Positions 63,181-64,000 of a stretch of DNA of 64,000 nt are shown one piece after another; the first letter of the stretch is position 1, and every line of letters begins with the position of its first letter. The notes beneath the pieces were generated by a model. The model saw only the letters and a list, made by a program, of their open reading frames with translations. It did no database searches and was not told the origin of the DNA. The stretch comes from Mobula hypostoma (taxonomy: Eukaryota): positions 207,330,001 through 207,394,000 of the forward strand of contig NC_086097.1 in the NCBI RefSeq assembly GCF_963921235.1. The letters run 5' to 3'. The translations under genes were made by a program, and so were the position numbers.

Positions 63181-64000
63181 GCTTATATGAACAATCTCAG
63201 GAAAGGAAGTTCTACTACAGTGCAAGACATTAACAACAGAGATTAGAGTCTGCTTAAGTAAGGAAGTTGAGAGATTTGAGAGTTTTGTCATCCATAAATA
63301 TATCTCACCTTCTAGCAGGAAATTATGGACCATTATTTGCAGAAGGGAAAAGAGCATATTTATGGCCTGAATCTTCTCTCAGCAAACAGCAACAAAAATT
63401 ATAAACAGCTTAGCTCTCAATTAAAATTCTTCACCATCTGAAGTTGCAAATCTGCAAGAACAGCTAAGTTTGTCAATAACTAACTGTTCTTATATACTAT
63501 TAATAAAAGTAAGATACCGAGGGACACTTTCCAAAAGTATTGTCAAACTAAACAAAAACCATAATAAACAAGCTGTTGGATCAGGTGACCAAAGGCTTAA
63601 TTGAAGAGGAGCTTTTAAAAAGAGCCTCATCTAAAGAAAAGTACACAAAAACTAAGGAGCTGGAATAAGGGTATTCCAAAGGTCACAGCCTGTACAAATG
63701 TAGTTACAGAAGATCAATGAAAATTAGGGCTGAGCATTAGATTTGACAAAGTGTGAAATCCTGGACGACTGTTCAACTAAAGCAGTTTCCTCCCCACTGC
63801 TGAAAAGACCTCATTAAGACGCTGAAAAAAGAAACATTCAAGAATCAACACATTGTCATGTCAAAAGCTAATTAATACATGTCACTCAACAGAAAAGATC
63901 AATTAATTTCTTTAAAGGGGTACATTGTAAGGGGTCTGTTGTAAACACATGCAATTTATTTCCTGCAGGATACTGCAGAAAAGGTAGGTTTTGAGCTGCA

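Noticed and set aside
56100..64000. Search for the preceding RB1CC1 exon (WAGALVKDG...FGKLF-like)
   Set aside because: No matching minus-strand segment found by eye; presumed to lie beyond the right edge of the window.

Overview
Eukaryotic (vertebrate) genomic DNA, most likely a cartilaginous fish (ray/shark). This is inferred from the repeat complement: HER1/CR1-type LINEs, V-SINE/HE1-like SINEs, Rex1/Babar and Penelope-like elements. The whole window lies inside one minus-strand protein-coding gene, RB1CC1 (FIP200, scaffold of the ULK1 autophagy complex). Eight consecutive internal coding exons (56030-56094, 51999-52102, 41236-41362, 36552-38446, 20716-20878, 14327-14435, 8756-9011, 2110-2161) have GT-AG boundaries and compatible phases, and splice into 2771 nt of open frame (2 nt + 923 codons). 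They include the LQFL and FDFETI motifs and the long coiled coil. The N-terminal exons and the C-terminal Claw exons lie outside the window. The introns are filled with decayed, often nested retroelements plus one solo LTR (TG...CA, CTAG target duplication). The least ordinary signals are (i) fossil minimal hammerhead-ribozyme motifs in Penelope-type terminal repeats, including a ~180-nt palindrome with two inverted hammerhead cores just upstream of an RB1CC1 splice acceptor, and (ii) long inverted LINE pairs bracketing RB1CC1 exons. There is no prokaryotic system or CRISPR array. Most ORFs in the supplied track are retroelement fragments or their antisense shadows. Repeat boundaries are approximate and family names come from motif recognition, not a database search.
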